Under the pieces are notes generated by a model, which worked only from the letters and a program-made list of their open reading frames with translations, did no database searches and had not been told where the DNA came from. From Promethearchaeota archaeon (GTDB lineage: Archaea; Asgardarchaeota; Lokiarchaeia; Sigyniarchaeales; SOKP01), in the NCBI GenBank assembly GCA_019058445.1, contig JAHPZA010000006.1, positions 32,001 through 96,000 of the forward strand: 64,000 bases of DNA, in the 5' to 3' direction. Position numbers and translations under genes: made by a program. Position 1 is the first letter of the stretch, and each line of letters opens with the position of its first letter. Below are positions 39,314 to 49,720 of this stretch, in pieces.

Positions 39314-39967
39314 TTAAAATATTAAAATCAATATATTAAACAGTCCATGGGCAATTACGCATGGAATAAGTGAATTGTTAAAGATTTTAAAAAGCGATGA
39401 TAATATAACTCCAAAAATAAAATAATATCCGAAATAAGTGACGATGGTTGAAACAGGAACTAAAATTGGAGGAATGTGGTAGAACGCAAAAAAAATTGAA
39501 GAGAATAAAATTGCAACGCCCGTTTTTATCTTCCTTTCAAATTTTTTAATTATAAATCCTCGAAAAAAAGCCTCTTCGCAGACACTTACAAATAATATAT
39601 GCATAATTATAATTATTATCAATTGAAATAGATTAGGGGCAATTGGGGTGGTGTTAATAGTCCCCTCTTCTGCTTTTTTGACAAACGCATTACCAAAAAT
39701 GTTTTTAACTACAATATTTTTAAAGATAAAAATAACATAACCACCAATTAAAAATAATATGAACCCAATACTGACCCCTGCTAAGACTTTCATTATATTA
39801 TTAAGTAGTGAGTCTTCATTTTTTTGAAAGCCCATAAATTTTAATTCCTCGTGAATTGAAGTGTTTTCGATTTTACTAGCGATTAAAGCGGGGATGAAAA
39901 TAAATAGTAACTCTAAAAACATTATTCCTATTAAAATCCAAGGATAACCGCCTAATTCTATTGCCAT
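39314..39967 (-). CDS. CPBP (CAAX/Abi) intramembrane protease
   Basis: EEAFFRG, FAFYH, HGLFN. Confidence 0.9.
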   Translation of the reverse strand: MAIELGGYPWILIGIMFLELLFIFIPALIASKIENTSIHEELKFMGFQKNEDSLLNNIMKVLAGVSIGFILFLIGGYVIFIFKNIVVKNIFGNAFVKKAEEGTINTTPIAPNLFQLIIIIIMHILFVSVCEEAFFRGFIIKKFERKIKTGVAILFSSIFFAFYHIPPILVPVSTIVTYFGYYFIFGVILSSLFKIFNNSLIPCVIAHGLFNILILIF

Positions 39968-40059
39968 TTTTAATTAGTTTTTGTGTGCTGTAAAATTGCT
40001 AAAAAATCAAAAAATCGAATCTCTCATCATTATTATTATTAATCCTTTTTATAATTCTT

Positions 40060-41346
40060 TTGATGACATTAAGAACTAATTCCATTAAGACAAGTGAAAG
40101 ACAATCGAATGCTTTATTATTTAAAAAAACAAATAGTATAATTGGTTTAACAAAAGAACAACTTCTTGCTAATAACCTAAAAAATATTGCATATCAATGT
40201 GTCGAATTGGAAAAATTGAAACAAAAGTTTACTGATATTATTCTTAAAAATATTAAAAGCTTAGATTTTTCAGAATTTATAGAATATCCAAAATTTTATA
40301 TTAAAGAGATGTATTTAAAAAAAGAGGTTAAATCATCAGATATTAGCGGTTTAAATATAGTGAGTGTTGACGGAAGCTCAGTTATTAAGAATTTTATGAA
40401 TGTAGATTTTTCATTTTTAAAAGCTATCGCTGTACAATACCATTTCTATAAAAATCATGTTGCTGATATAAAGTATTACCCGGATTTAAGTGGTTTTAAT
40501 TATTATTCAGTACAAGGTAATTTTATTAATAGAGAAGAATCTCTCATTGAAAATAAAATCTCAATGGATATGAATTTTATGGAAATAAATCTTTTAAATA
40601 ATATGATTGAATATTCTAATGATATTAATATAGATCTTATAATAATTGATGGATCCATTGTAATAATGCCGATAAATTTGCTGTTCTCACAAGATCCAGA
40701 GATATCTAAAAAATATGACAGATTATTGAGAGAATATCATAAATTATATTTAAATTGCAAGGAAAAAGGGATTATTTTAATTGGTTCCATCAAAGATACC
40801 AGAACTTCAGCATTATGCCATTTATTAAGAGATTCAATTCAATTACTAAAACCAAATACTTCAAATTTAAACGATTTTATTAAAAATAATTACCGTCAAC
40901 TTATGGACTACTTTTCTGATTTAGAATTATTTAATAAGATATTAAACAGATCTGAGAGGAGTTGCATATTTAACTGTAAACGAGAGATTGAAAAAATACG
41001 AGATACAGGAATAAAAAAGGAAATTCCTTATTACTTTCCTTTATCATTTTATGCTTTTTACCTCAAAACTGCTAAATATGATACTCCATGCAGGATTGAA
41101 TTTTTTATGGACGAAAATCATTCACTTAAAAAAGCCTCAGAAAAAGCGGATTTAATTTCTTCGATAATATTACCTATTTCAAGTTTAAATAACCATTATG
41201 GTCTACCAATTCCTCAAATTGAAGCCCATAGGAGGGCAGTCTTCAAGCCAGACGAATTAAATCTTTTATTTAAAAGTTTAGTGAGGACTTTAAACGAGCA
41301 TGGTGTGAAGTTATTAGAAAAACGGAGAAATCGTAGACCTTTTTAA
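40060..41346 (+). CDS. NurA-family nuclease
   Basis: SVDGS, IIDGS, G.P.PQIEAH. Confidence 0.8.
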   Translation: MMTLRTNSIKTSERQSNALLFKKTNSIIGLTKEQLLANNLKNIAYQCVELEKLKQKFTDIILKNIKSLDFSEFIEYPKFYIKEMYLKKEVKSSDISGLNIVSVDGSSVIKNFMNVDFSFLKAIAVQYHFYKNHVADIKYYPDLSGFNYYSVQGNFINREESLIENKISMDMNFMEINLLNNMIEYSNDINIDLIIIDGSIVIMPINLLFSQDPEISKKYDRLLREYHKLYLNCKEKGIILIGSIKDTRTSALCHLLRDSIQLLKPNTSNLNDFIKNNYRQLMDYFSDLELFNKILNRSERSCIFNCKREIEKIRDTGIKKEIPYYFPLSFYAFYLKTAKYDTPCRIEFFMDENHSLKKASEKADLISSIILPISSLNNHYGLPIPQIEAHRRAVFKPDELNLLFKSLVRTLNEHGVKLLEKRRNRRPF

Positions 41347-42038
41347 TTACACTTTAATTCTAAACGATATAAATAAATATCCTCAAGGAAAACATGAATT
41401 TTATTCAAATAAGTTCTTTCGTAACCCTTCTGGGATATTAAATCATTTAATAAGTTTAAATTAATTCTACTTGAACATACATAATAGATGCGCGAATTTG
41501 AGTTAAAATTAAGATATGATCTTGCTTCACTTAAGAACCTCAAAAAAGTTTCAAAACCTAATTCTCCACCATTCCAACTATAATCTATGTTCTTCTTATT
41601 ACCATCTTTTTGCATCATATTAAAAGATGGCAAATAAGGTGGATTAAATACAATAACATCAAATGAATGTTTAAGTGTTATTGGAAAAGAATTAAAGAGA
41701 TCTGAATTAATAAAGGTAATTTCTCTCTCAAAATTATTTAACTTTTCATTATGTTTAGAAAGATGAATGGCTTCTTCTAAAATATCTGATGCATAAATGT
41801 TTGGATTAAATTTTGGAATTTTAGCTTTCATAATTTGGAGGGATAACGCAATATAGCCTGTTCCTGTACCCATATCTAAAATATTTCTAATGGTCTCTAA
41901 AGGAATTCCATCAAAAAAGTCAGAATCTATATGAACTTTAAAATAATCTATAATTAAATATGTATCGTCTGCTGGTCGATAAACATTTTCAAAATCGTAG
42001 TCTATAATGGGATCTGGAAAAATTTTAATCTTACTCAC
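41343..42038 (-). CDS. HemK2/PrmC-like methyltransferase
   Basis: VY.PADDT, LDMGTGTG, FNPPY. Confidence 0.9.
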   Translation of the reverse strand: MSKIKIFPDPIIDYDFENVYRPADDTYLIIDYFKVHIDSDFFDGIPLETIRNILDMGTGTGYIALSLQIMKAKIPKFNPNIYASDILEEAIHLSKHNEKLNNFEREITFINSDLFNSFPITLKHSFDVIVFNPPYLPSFNMMQKDGNKKNIDYSWNGGELGFETFLRFLSEARSYLNFNSNSRIYYVCSSRINLNLLNDLISQKGYERTYLNKIHVFLEDIYLYRLELKCN

Positions 42039-42048
42039 GTTTCTTTAT

Positions 42049-42912
42049 TTATCCAATTTTATTATAAAAAATTTTGCTAATTTCCAGAAAATTACTAACT
42101 TTATAGGTATTTACTTTATTATTTTCAATATTATTTTGCTCTAAAATGTTAAGTATATCTTTTTTATTCAGATTAAGCTTAAGTTTCTTTTTTGTATATA
42201 ATTCCAAGGCATTAGCAAGGTTTTTGTTCTTAAATGGCATGATTCCTTCAAGAATTTTTAAATAAAATCTTCTTTGATAATCGTTTATTAAGAATTTATC
42301 GATGCTTTCCCTTGGAGAGAGATTAACTAATGCGAGAGCAATGTTGGGAATCGGATAGAATGAGTTCCTTGAAATTTTGTACTTTTTTACAGGCTTCATA
42401 AAGGTGTTGACACTAATTGTAATCCGGGATGAAGTTTTATAAGTTTCATAAGAAAAAATTCTATCTGCTATAGCTTTTTCAATAGTCAAAATCCCTTGGG
42501 GAGGATTTTTATTAAAGAAAACTTTTTCTAAAATTGGACCTGTAATTTTATAGGGGATATTAGACACGACTTTATTATGATCTGGGATATTTATTTTTAG
42601 GATATCGCCATTAATTATTTTTAAATTTTGACAATCAGAAAATTTGTTAGTTAAAAATGAGGAAAGTCGAGAGTCTATTTCAACAGCATATACTTTTTTC
42701 GCTGTTTTAACAAGATTTTCGGTAAGAGCCCCTAACCCAGGCCCAATTTCTAAAATTATATCATCTTTCGAAATCTGTGCTTGTTTGATGATAACATCTT
42801 TAGTAGCATTATCAATTAGAAAATTTTGACCAAATCGTTTTTTAGGTACAATATTAAGTTCTTTTAAAATGAGTTGTATATCTTTTCTATTCATGTTTAG
42901 GGTATTACTCAT
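42049..42912 (-). CDS. rsmA: 16S rRNA adenine dimethyltransferase (KsgA/Dim1)
   Basis: GQNFL, EIGPGLGALT, SNIPY. Confidence 0.95.
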   Translation of the reverse strand: MSNTLNMNRKDIQLILKELNIVPKKRFGQNFLIDNATKDVIIKQAQISKDDIILEIGPGLGALTENLVKTAKKVYAVEIDSRLSSFLTNKFSDCQNLKIINGDILKINIPDHNKVVSNIPYKITGPILEKVFFNKNPPQGILTIEKAIADRIFSYETYKTSSRITISVNTFMKPVKKYKISRNSFYPIPNIALALVNLSPRESIDKFLINDYQRRFYLKILEGIMPFKNKNLANALELYTKKKLKLNLNKKDILNILEQNNIENNKVNTYKVSNFLEISKIFYNKIG

Positions 42913-43567
42913 ATTTTTGAGTTTTTGAGAAGAGATAATACTTAATGCCTTCTCTTTGAAGCTCTTTAATTATTCTAAGCGCAATTTGTTTAGCGGGATT
43001 CGAAATTGAAGTTCTATCACTAATATCTTGAAACGTAACAAATTTTTGCCTTTCTCTTTCTTCAATTATTTCCCACATGTGTTTTTTCCCAATTCCCGGT
43101 AATAATTTGAGCGCATGCATTCTTGGTGTTATAGACGTTGAATTATTAAAAAAATTAATAAACTCTTCCTCATAATTCAAGATCTCCTTTTCTAATATGG
43201 GTTGAATTAATGCTTTAGAAGTGCTTGTTAATTCTTCATAATCAATTTTTTTCAAAACATCTCTCAATTTATTTTCTCTTATGAAATCTTCGTATAACTT
43301 CTTTTCTTCAGGTTTTAGTTTAAGATTTGGAGATTTATTTATTTTTACTTCATAAAGAACGAAATCTGGAAAAGTAAGTACTTGAGCTAAAGGGGTCTTT
43401 GTCCAACTGGGTTTATCTTCCTCAGGATGCCCATGTAATAGCACATCCAAAATAACTAGTTCTCGAGATTTTTTTATAAATTGTTTTTTCTTTCTCGAAC
43501 CCCGCTTTTGAAAATCTTTTCTGCGTGGGCGCCTTCTGTATTGATCTCTTCTTTCCATTACATCCAC
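42905..43567 (-). CDS. DUF655 putative RNA-binding protein
   Basis: FFN....ITPRMH.L.LLPGIGKK; conserved position between rpo4 and rsmA. Confidence 0.9.
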   Translation of the reverse strand: MDVMERRDQYRRRPRRKDFQKRGSRKKKQFIKKSRELVILDVLLHGHPEEDKPSWTKTPLAQVLTFPDFVLYEVKINKSPNLKLKPEEKKLYEDFIRENKLRDVLKKIDYEELTSTSKALIQPILEKEILNYEEEFINFFNNSTSITPRMHALKLLPGIGKKHMWEIIEERERQKFVTFQDISDRTSISNPAKQIALRIIKELQREGIKYYLFSKTQKYE

Positions 43568-43741
43568 CAGTTTTCTTCTTTTCTACTTTTCCAATAACCA
43601 TAATAATTTTTTTATTGAAAATATCCCTTTATTAATAAATTCAATACCGGATTACTCATTAAAATTAAAAACAATTTAACTTTATAAAGTCTTCTATGTC
43701 TTTTTCTAAATTAAAGCGATTACCAAGGGAATATTATTGGT

Positions 43742-44104
43742 TTATGATGTCTTTAAATCTTTTAATTGATATATAATTTCCTGAAGTTGCTCCTCATTTA
43801 ATGTTTTACCGGTATAGCTTTTTTCAAGAATAATTCGTAATTCTGGAACAGTTTGAGGGTCAATATTTACAATATTTATTGCATAAATCTCTTCTAGCTC
43901 ATAAGTATCCATAAGAAATTTCTTAATTTTCTTAGCATCCTTATCACTCATTTTGGCAAATTGATTAACATAGTTATAAGTAATATCTTGAAAGTGAGAC
44001 ATTCCTTCTTCATCAATTTCCATTACTCTTTCCTTGACAGTTTCCATTATCTTTTTAACTTCCGGTATAGAAACTGTTTTTTCGCTAATCTTTCTTCCAG
44101 ACAT
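43742..44104 (-). CDS. rpoF: RNA polymerase subunit Rpo4 (F)
   Basis: VSIPEVK, IVNI.P.T..ELR.I; rpl21e-rpoF-DUF655 synteny. Confidence 0.9.
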   Translation of the reverse strand: MSGRKISEKTVSIPEVKKIMETVKERVMEIDEEGMSHFQDITYNYVNQFAKMSDKDAKKIKKFLMDTYELEEIYAINIVNIDPQTVPELRIILEKSYTGKTLNEEQLQEIIYQLKDLKTS

Positions 44105-44137
44105 TAGAATCACTTAATTTTTTTTTAAATATACACA

Positions 44138-44446
44138 CTAGGTTTTAATAGAAATAGGGTTTAACCTTAAGTGTTCTTTCCCGATAATCAAGACTTTTGT
44201 AGAATTCCCTAACTTAACGGCGACTTCATAGCATCGGCCTCTTACTCCTATGATAACTCCTGTTTTCCCATGATATCTTCTATGTGGCATTCCTCGCTTA
44301 TGTTGGGATGGATCTGTGATGATATCAACTTTGTCATTTATATTATAATCCTCTAAATATTTTTCGATTGAGCCTAAGCCTCTTGCTCTACAGTTTTTTT
44401 TATGTCTTTTGCGAGTTTTATTTCTGTAGCCTTTATGTAGGGTCAC
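44138..44446 (-). CDS. rpl21e: 50S ribosomal protein L21e
   Basis: GYR.KTR, GMPHRRYHGKTG, EHL. Confidence 0.96.
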   Translation of the reverse strand: MTLHKGYRNKTRKRHKKNCRARGLGSIEKYLEDYNINDKVDIITDPSQHKRGMPHRRYHGKTGVIIGVRGRCYEVAVKLGNSTKVLIIGKEHLRLNPISIKT

Positions 44447-44572
44447 GTTTATCAGCTTTTGAGCAAATTACTATATTTTTAAATCGCGTAATTTAGTAGA
44501 AGTATGAAATATAATTTATTTATTTTTTGGTTTTAGTCAAATGAAATGACAGAATTATTTTAACTACTTATT

Positions 44573-45931
44573 TTATTCTTTTATATCAATTACATCTAAT
44601 TCTTTACAGATTAACGTATTACCAAACACTTCGGAAAAAGAAGGTGTAGTGCGCCCCTCATCCCCACTGATTAATTCTTTTATATATGTTCCTCCCTGAG
44701 TTTCAATAGTGAATTTAAATAAATTTGAAGTCAAGTATTCACTCTGTATTTTATAAACATATTTTTCTCTTATTAAATCGGCACGTCGATGAGAGACTCT
44801 AATTGGAGTTCGCTGATATATCTTATTATTTTCAATTATTTTTCTCAGAGAAGTGATATTAATTTCGAACTTCGTTTTATCTATTGCCTCTTCGGCTTCA
44901 ACAAGCGCCTTATATACTTTTTTAGTATTTTCAGCTTTAGATTTTAACGCAATAACCTCTCTTTTACTGCTATATTTTAAATTTGAAATTTCTACTTTTC
45001 TGGCTTGGAGTTTATTAACCTCCTGCATAATATGACTAAGATTAAAATTTCTTTTTTTTGGCTCTTTTAACTCAAGAATAAATGGTCTGCCAGTTCCTAA
45101 CATTCTTACATCAATGTCTTCCCTTCCAGCGCCATGAAATTTAGATCCAGTTGCCAGCGATTTTTCAATAAATAAGGGACTAATTAACTGCTCAACACTT
45201 GTATCATATTGGGTTCCCTTAAAATTACAATCACTACATCCTTTGCCTTGACATTTCCTACATGGCCATCGAGTTTGAGGAATACCTCTCATTAACTTAT
45301 TATATCTTCCCGAAATAAACAGAGATCTTATTAATAATTGAACATCAAACTCAACAAAATCTAGAGAAAATATGAACACAATATCTGGATTTTGAAAGTC
45401 GGGAGATTTATTTATTGCACTTGATAATAATTTCCCAACTTCTCGATTAAAATGATTCTTAAACGATTCAGATTCCAATAAATTAAATTCTGCTTTGAAT
45501 TTATCTTCCTGGTTTATTATTTTTGAAGAAGGACTTGTCCCGCACAAAAACGTATTAAATTCATAATTTTCAGTTTTATTAATGGCTTTATTAACGTATT
45601 TTTGTAAAGTTAGAAAGATATCATTACATAAGTAGCATGTTTTGGATGAATTTGTATCTATATATTCAAATCCTTCTTTTACCAAGACTTTTTGGGCTGG
45701 TGAAAATTTTGCATTCTCAGCAAGGATTTTTAAGTTTTGAATGGCTTTATTGTGAATATTTTTGCTGGTAAGTAAAAGTCTGTGATTTTCTAAAGTCAAT
45801 GAAAGAAGTAAGGACTTACCCCTATCATAATTAGTAGTCTCTGTTCCTAAAAGAGCGAACATCCGTCCGAGACAATACGGGCAAATATAGTACTTATGAT
45901 AAATCTCTAAAACTTTATCCAATAGAGTCAT
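44573..45931 (-). CDS. pus10: tRNA pseudouridine 54/55 synthase Pus10
   Basis: GRYNKL.R.IPQT.W, FHGAGREDIDVRMLG.GRPF, GGTYIKE. Confidence 0.95.
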   Translation of the reverse strand: MTLLDKVLEIYHKYYICPYCLGRMFALLGTETTNYDRGKSLLLSLTLENHRLLLTSKNIHNKAIQNLKILAENAKFSPAQKVLVKEGFEYIDTNSSKTCYLCNDIFLTLQKYVNKAINKTENYEFNTFLCGTSPSSKIINQEDKFKAEFNLLESESFKNHFNREVGKLLSSAINKSPDFQNPDIVFIFSLDFVEFDVQLLIRSLFISGRYNKLMRGIPQTRWPCRKCQGKGCSDCNFKGTQYDTSVEQLISPLFIEKSLATGSKFHGAGREDIDVRMLGTGRPFILELKEPKKRNFNLSHIMQEVNKLQARKVEISNLKYSSKREVIALKSKAENTKKVYKALVEAEEAIDKTKFEINITSLRKIIENNKIYQRTPIRVSHRRADLIREKYVYKIQSEYLTSNLFKFTIETQGGTYIKELISGDEGRTTPSFSEVFGNTLICKELDVIDIKE

Positions 45932-46139
45932 TTTTTATTCCTCTCTTTAGTATTTAAAACTGAGAAATTATTTTAGTTTTGATTTATTGTGTTTGGTGTT
46001 TAATAGAGTGGACTATTAAAAAGATTTTAAAATAAAAATTTATTTTTTTCTATAAATATAATTAATAATCTTAGATTAAGATATTAAAAATTGAAATAAA
46101 ATCTAATGTATCGAAAATTTTTGAGAATGTGTTAAAAAG

Positions 46140-46394
46140 ATGGCAAGAAACAAGTCAACAGGGGAAGGTTTAACCGGTTGGGTAAAATGGTTTGATGCAA
46201 AAAAAGGGTATGGCTTTATATCTGTAGAGAACCATGAAGATATCTTTGTCCATTTTTCTAATATCGAAATGGATGGTTTTAAAAAATTGGAAATTGGAGA
46301 TTTTGTTGAATTCGAATTAAAGAATGATTCAAATAGTGGAAAAGGCCCAGAGGCATTAAAAGTTAAAATTCTTGCGAAGGATCGCCGCTATTAG
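46140..46394 (+). CDS. Cold-shock domain protein
   Basis: G.VKWF...KGYGFI, DIFVHFS. Confidence 0.95.
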   Translation: MARNKSTGEGLTGWVKWFDAKKGYGFISVENHEDIFVHFSNIEMDGFKKLEIGDFVEFELKNDSNSGKGPEALKVKILAKDRRY

Positions 46395-46497
46395 GCTTTT
46401 TTAAATTAGAAATTCTTTAAGCTACTTTTTATTTTATTTTAATTTAAGTTCTGAAAAAAGAGGTTTTTATTTAAATAAGTTCAGAAAAATTGAGTAA

Positions 46498-47499
46498 TTA
46501 CTCTTCTTCTTCCCAACCGAGATCTTTTAAAACAGAATCTAAAGCCTCTGATTCCTCTTCTAAAACAAATTCAGTATCATATTCAGCAGCACTCACCTCA
46601 AAATCAGGAGGTTTGAGTTCATCAAGAGAAGGAATTTGCTCGGGTGTGGGAAATTCTGTAGGTTGACTTACTTCTGGAGTTACGGTTTCGCTAACTGGAG
46701 TCGCTGTTTCTTGAGAGGATTGATCTTCAATTTCCATTGGAGTATAGTCTTCAAGTGGAACGGGAGGAACTTCATCCTCATATAGTTTAATTTGTGTTTT
46801 GTCTTCTTGTTGAACCTCCCTAATCACTTCTTCTGGGATAGTAACCGTTTCACTCTCTTTTGGAATTCCGATCGCCATTGTTTTGGGAATAGAGACGATA
46901 TTATCTGTTTCTAGATCCTCAAAATCCTCGACACCCATCGCCTCTTTCTCCTCTTTATCCCAATCGTCTAAAAATCCAAGTAATTCATCCATCGCCTGCT
47001 TATCTTGTTCAACAGAGGGTATTGTTATTTGAGATGCTTCAGTTTCTTCTTCTTTTTGTTTTTCTAATTTCTCTAATTCTTCCTCTTGTAAAGAGAGCGC
47101 CATTTCACTGATTTCACCGCCAGAAATGAGAATATTTAATTTTTTTACTAATTCCCTTAAATATCCCAGATAATATCCAATACGATAGATTGTTCTTAAG
47201 CCACCAAAAACAATATATTCTTCGTTAATTGCCATTAAAATACAATACCCTGTATTGTTATGTAAAACTATTTCTTTTAAAGCTCCGTGGTTTGTTGCCT
47301 CTGCAAGTCTTAATCCTAAATCGATTAAGGCGGTACTTGAGGCAGAGGTTGCATCAGCATCTAATTCTGTAGAATTTGCTGAAGCTACTTTCATGCCTAC
47401 TCTTGATATTACTGCAAGATTATCCAAGTCAGTCTGTGCTTCTTCTGCTTTTAAAATATTCATCATATTTTCTCGAATATCATTCGCAAGATCCGACAT
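46498..47499 (-). CDS. Roadblock/LC7 domain protein with long acidic tail
   Basis: AVISRVG..VAS...DAD..SA...A...L.EI.L....GY; Glu-rich C-terminal ~200 aa. Confidence 0.8.
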   Translation of the reverse strand: MSDLANDIRENMMNILKAEEAQTDLDNLAVISRVGMKVASANSTELDADATSASSTALIDLGLRLAEATNHGALKEIVLHNNTGYCILMAINEEYIVFGGLRTIYRIGYYLGYLRELVKKLNILISGGEISEMALSLQEEELEKLEKQKEEETEASQITIPSVEQDKQAMDELLGFLDDWDKEEKEAMGVEDFEDLETDNIVSIPKTMAIGIPKESETVTIPEEVIREVQQEDKTQIKLYEDEVPPVPLEDYTPMEIEDQSSQETATPVSETVTPEVSQPTEFPTPEQIPSLDELKPPDFEVSAAEYDTEFVLEEESEALDSVLKDLGWEEEE

Positions 47500-47615
47500 T
47501 TTTCCCTTCTACGTTAAATATTTTTTAGTAAAAATATAATCGAAATATACTATAATTACACTAAGTATAATTTAAAAAAATATCCTAATATATTTTATTA
47601 TCATTTCCATTTTTA

Positions 47616-48353
47616 TTATTTTAAAAACTTATTCAAACTCATTTGAGCGGTAGATGACGTAATAGCCTTTTTAAATGAATATCCAGACAATTTTTCAATT
47701 ATCAATTCAATCTTTTCTACCACTTCTTCTGGAGTCAGTAATTCTGTGTCAATAATAAAAATTTTATCTTTAATGTCTTCCGATGAGAGAAATTGGTTAT
47801 AATAAGAGAGAATTGTTAAGAGATATTTTTTTTCAGTTTCATTCCATTCTCTTCTTATTTTTTCTAATGATCCTCTTTGAATGATTCTTTTTAAAATCGT
47901 GTCTGGTTTAGCAGTCAAATAAATAATAAAATCTTCTTTCCATTCAATTGAGTTATAAGTATCGAGAATCAGTTGATAATCTTTTTCTTTTAAATTCAAA
48001 CTTTTTGAATAGATTAGGACACATAAAGGAGTACGGTCTAATATGAGTACCCTACCATTATATTTTTCATCAAATTTTAAAATGTTTCTATTTCTTCTTA
48101 TTAATTGTTGTAGAAAATGCAGCTCGCTTCTAAAAGCAGTTTGTTTATTTGAAGATCCGAAAGGAAATGGAGGTATTTTTTTATATCGCTCTGGAAAAAA
48201 TTTAAATTTGTTATTAACTTCCATTTGCTTCCTTAATTTATTATAAATTGTTGTTTTTCCGATACCATGTGCCCCAGCAATAGATAAAACGATGTTATCT
48301 TTACTTCCCTTATTCCTATAACGAGGTGTTTTACTCAAAGTATAGGTCTCCAA
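47616..48353 (-). CDS. Deoxynucleoside/thymidylate kinase family P-loop protein
   Basis: IAGAHGIGKTT, ILDRT, IYL.A.P....KRI..RG. Confidence 0.8.
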   Translation of the reverse strand: METYTLSKTPRYRNKGSKDNIVLSIAGAHGIGKTTIYNKLRKQMEVNNKFKFFPERYKKIPPFPFGSSNKQTAFRSELHFLQQLIRRNRNILKFDEKYNGRVLILDRTPLCVLIYSKSLNLKEKDYQLILDTYNSIEWKEDFIIYLTAKPDTILKRIIQRGSLEKIRREWNETEKKYLLTILSYYNQFLSSEDIKDKIFIIDTELLTPEEVVEKIELIIEKLSGYSFKKAITSSTAQMSLNKFLK

Positions 48354-48479
48354 ATGCGATGAATTATGTCGTATGAATTAGAACTTCTGAAGCTAATAAT
48401 AATTATAGAGATAGATTATTTTTCAAATTATTAAATTTATATATTTATTATTAAACATGAGATTATCGAAAAAAAAAAG

Positions 48480-49586
48480 TTAAAAATAAAGGATTAGGAT
48501 AATCAGAGCAATATCGTAAACAACACTTGCTATAATCGTATTATAAAGATTTCCATTAATTTCATAAAGAGCTCCAAGAAAGAGAAAAACCAAAAAATTG
48601 GAAACTAAGAAAAATATTCCTATTGGAAACGAAAATAACAAATATATTAATGAATAAGCTAAAGCAACAATCAACATCGTTAGTATTCTCCCATTAGCAT
48701 TTTCAGCTCCAAATTTTTCCTTTAAAGTGTTATGTAATACTCCTCTAAATAATATCTCAACCGAAATTGAGGTTATGATTAATTCCAATAATAATACAAA
48801 CACCAAAATCCCACCACTGCGAATAGCCTTAGTTTCCATCTCCATATATTCTTGGATATCGAAAAAATTTAATCCCAATTCATAGAATATCACATTTATG
48901 AAACTAGAAAAAATATTTATTGCGATCAACCCAAAGCCTCCTAATATCCCAATAATAACGGCTAATAAAATTTTCTTGTCTTTCGCAGGAAATCCTAATT
49001 TCTCAAATGAATGTTTATTGGTACTAATATACCATAATGGAAAAAGGCCTAATAGCATTCCTGGAATTTGACTTAAAAGGATTAAGTAAAAGGGTATTTC
49101 GGTTGTTGAGGACCCGTCACCTAGCCCTAATTGAAACCAAATAAACATGACTAAGAATAAATAAACTGTAATATAGACTAATATACTATTCATAAAAACA
49201 TTAAACCCTTCTCTTAAGTTCCATGAATCTTTTTTTAGAACATAACTTAACTCGGGTTCAAGTTTCTCTCTTGTAAAGACAAATCCCGTTCTTGCAGGTT
49301 TTACTTTTTGAGATTCTGGAATTGGTTCCAATATAGTACTACAAATAGGGCATTGTTCTAACACATTAGAGGTAATTATAGACCCGCAGTTAGGACATTT
49401 CCTTGAGATGCCCGTTGTTTTTAATGGTAATGATTTTTCTACTTTATGTTCATGTGGGATTGATTCTTTGGAAGATTTTATCTCTATAACTAATTTTCCG
49501 CATTTTGGACAATATACTTGCCCTTTTTCCACATTAGCTCCACAATGTACACAATATTTTACAATATTATCGTTTTTTTCAGACAT
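48480..49586 (-). CDS. Double zinc ribbon + CPBP-like membrane protein (degenerate motifs)
   Basis: Four CxxC motifs; SVEILFRG in place of EExxFRG. Confidence 0.75.
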   Translation of the reverse strand: MSEKNDNIVKYCVHCGANVEKGQVYCPKCGKLVIEIKSSKESIPHEHKVEKSLPLKTTGISRKCPNCGSIITSNVLEQCPICSTILEPIPESQKVKPARTGFVFTREKLEPELSYVLKKDSWNLREGFNVFMNSILVYITVYLFLVMFIWFQLGLGDGSSTTEIPFYLILLSQIPGMLLGLFPLWYISTNKHSFEKLGFPAKDKKILLAVIIGILGGFGLIAINIFSSFINVIFYELGLNFFDIQEYMEMETKAIRSGGILVFVLLLELIITSISVEILFRGVLHNTLKEKFGAENANGRILTMLIVALAYSLIYLLFSFPIGIFFLVSNFLVFLFLGALYEINGNLYNTIIASVVYDIALIILILYF

Positions 49587-49720
49587 AACTAATTAAAAAT
49601 TAAGGTAATATCTATAAAAATAATTTATGATAAATAACTAGTACTTTTTTTTTTTATTTAGTATGTGATATAAAAATTATATAGTTTATGCTTGGTTTTT
49701 ATTTGTCGTAGTATTTTGTA

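Noticed and set aside
46140-46394. Bacterial contamination suggested by a CspA-type gene
   Set aside because: Cold-shock domain genes occur in several archaeal lineages, and composition and flanks match the host.
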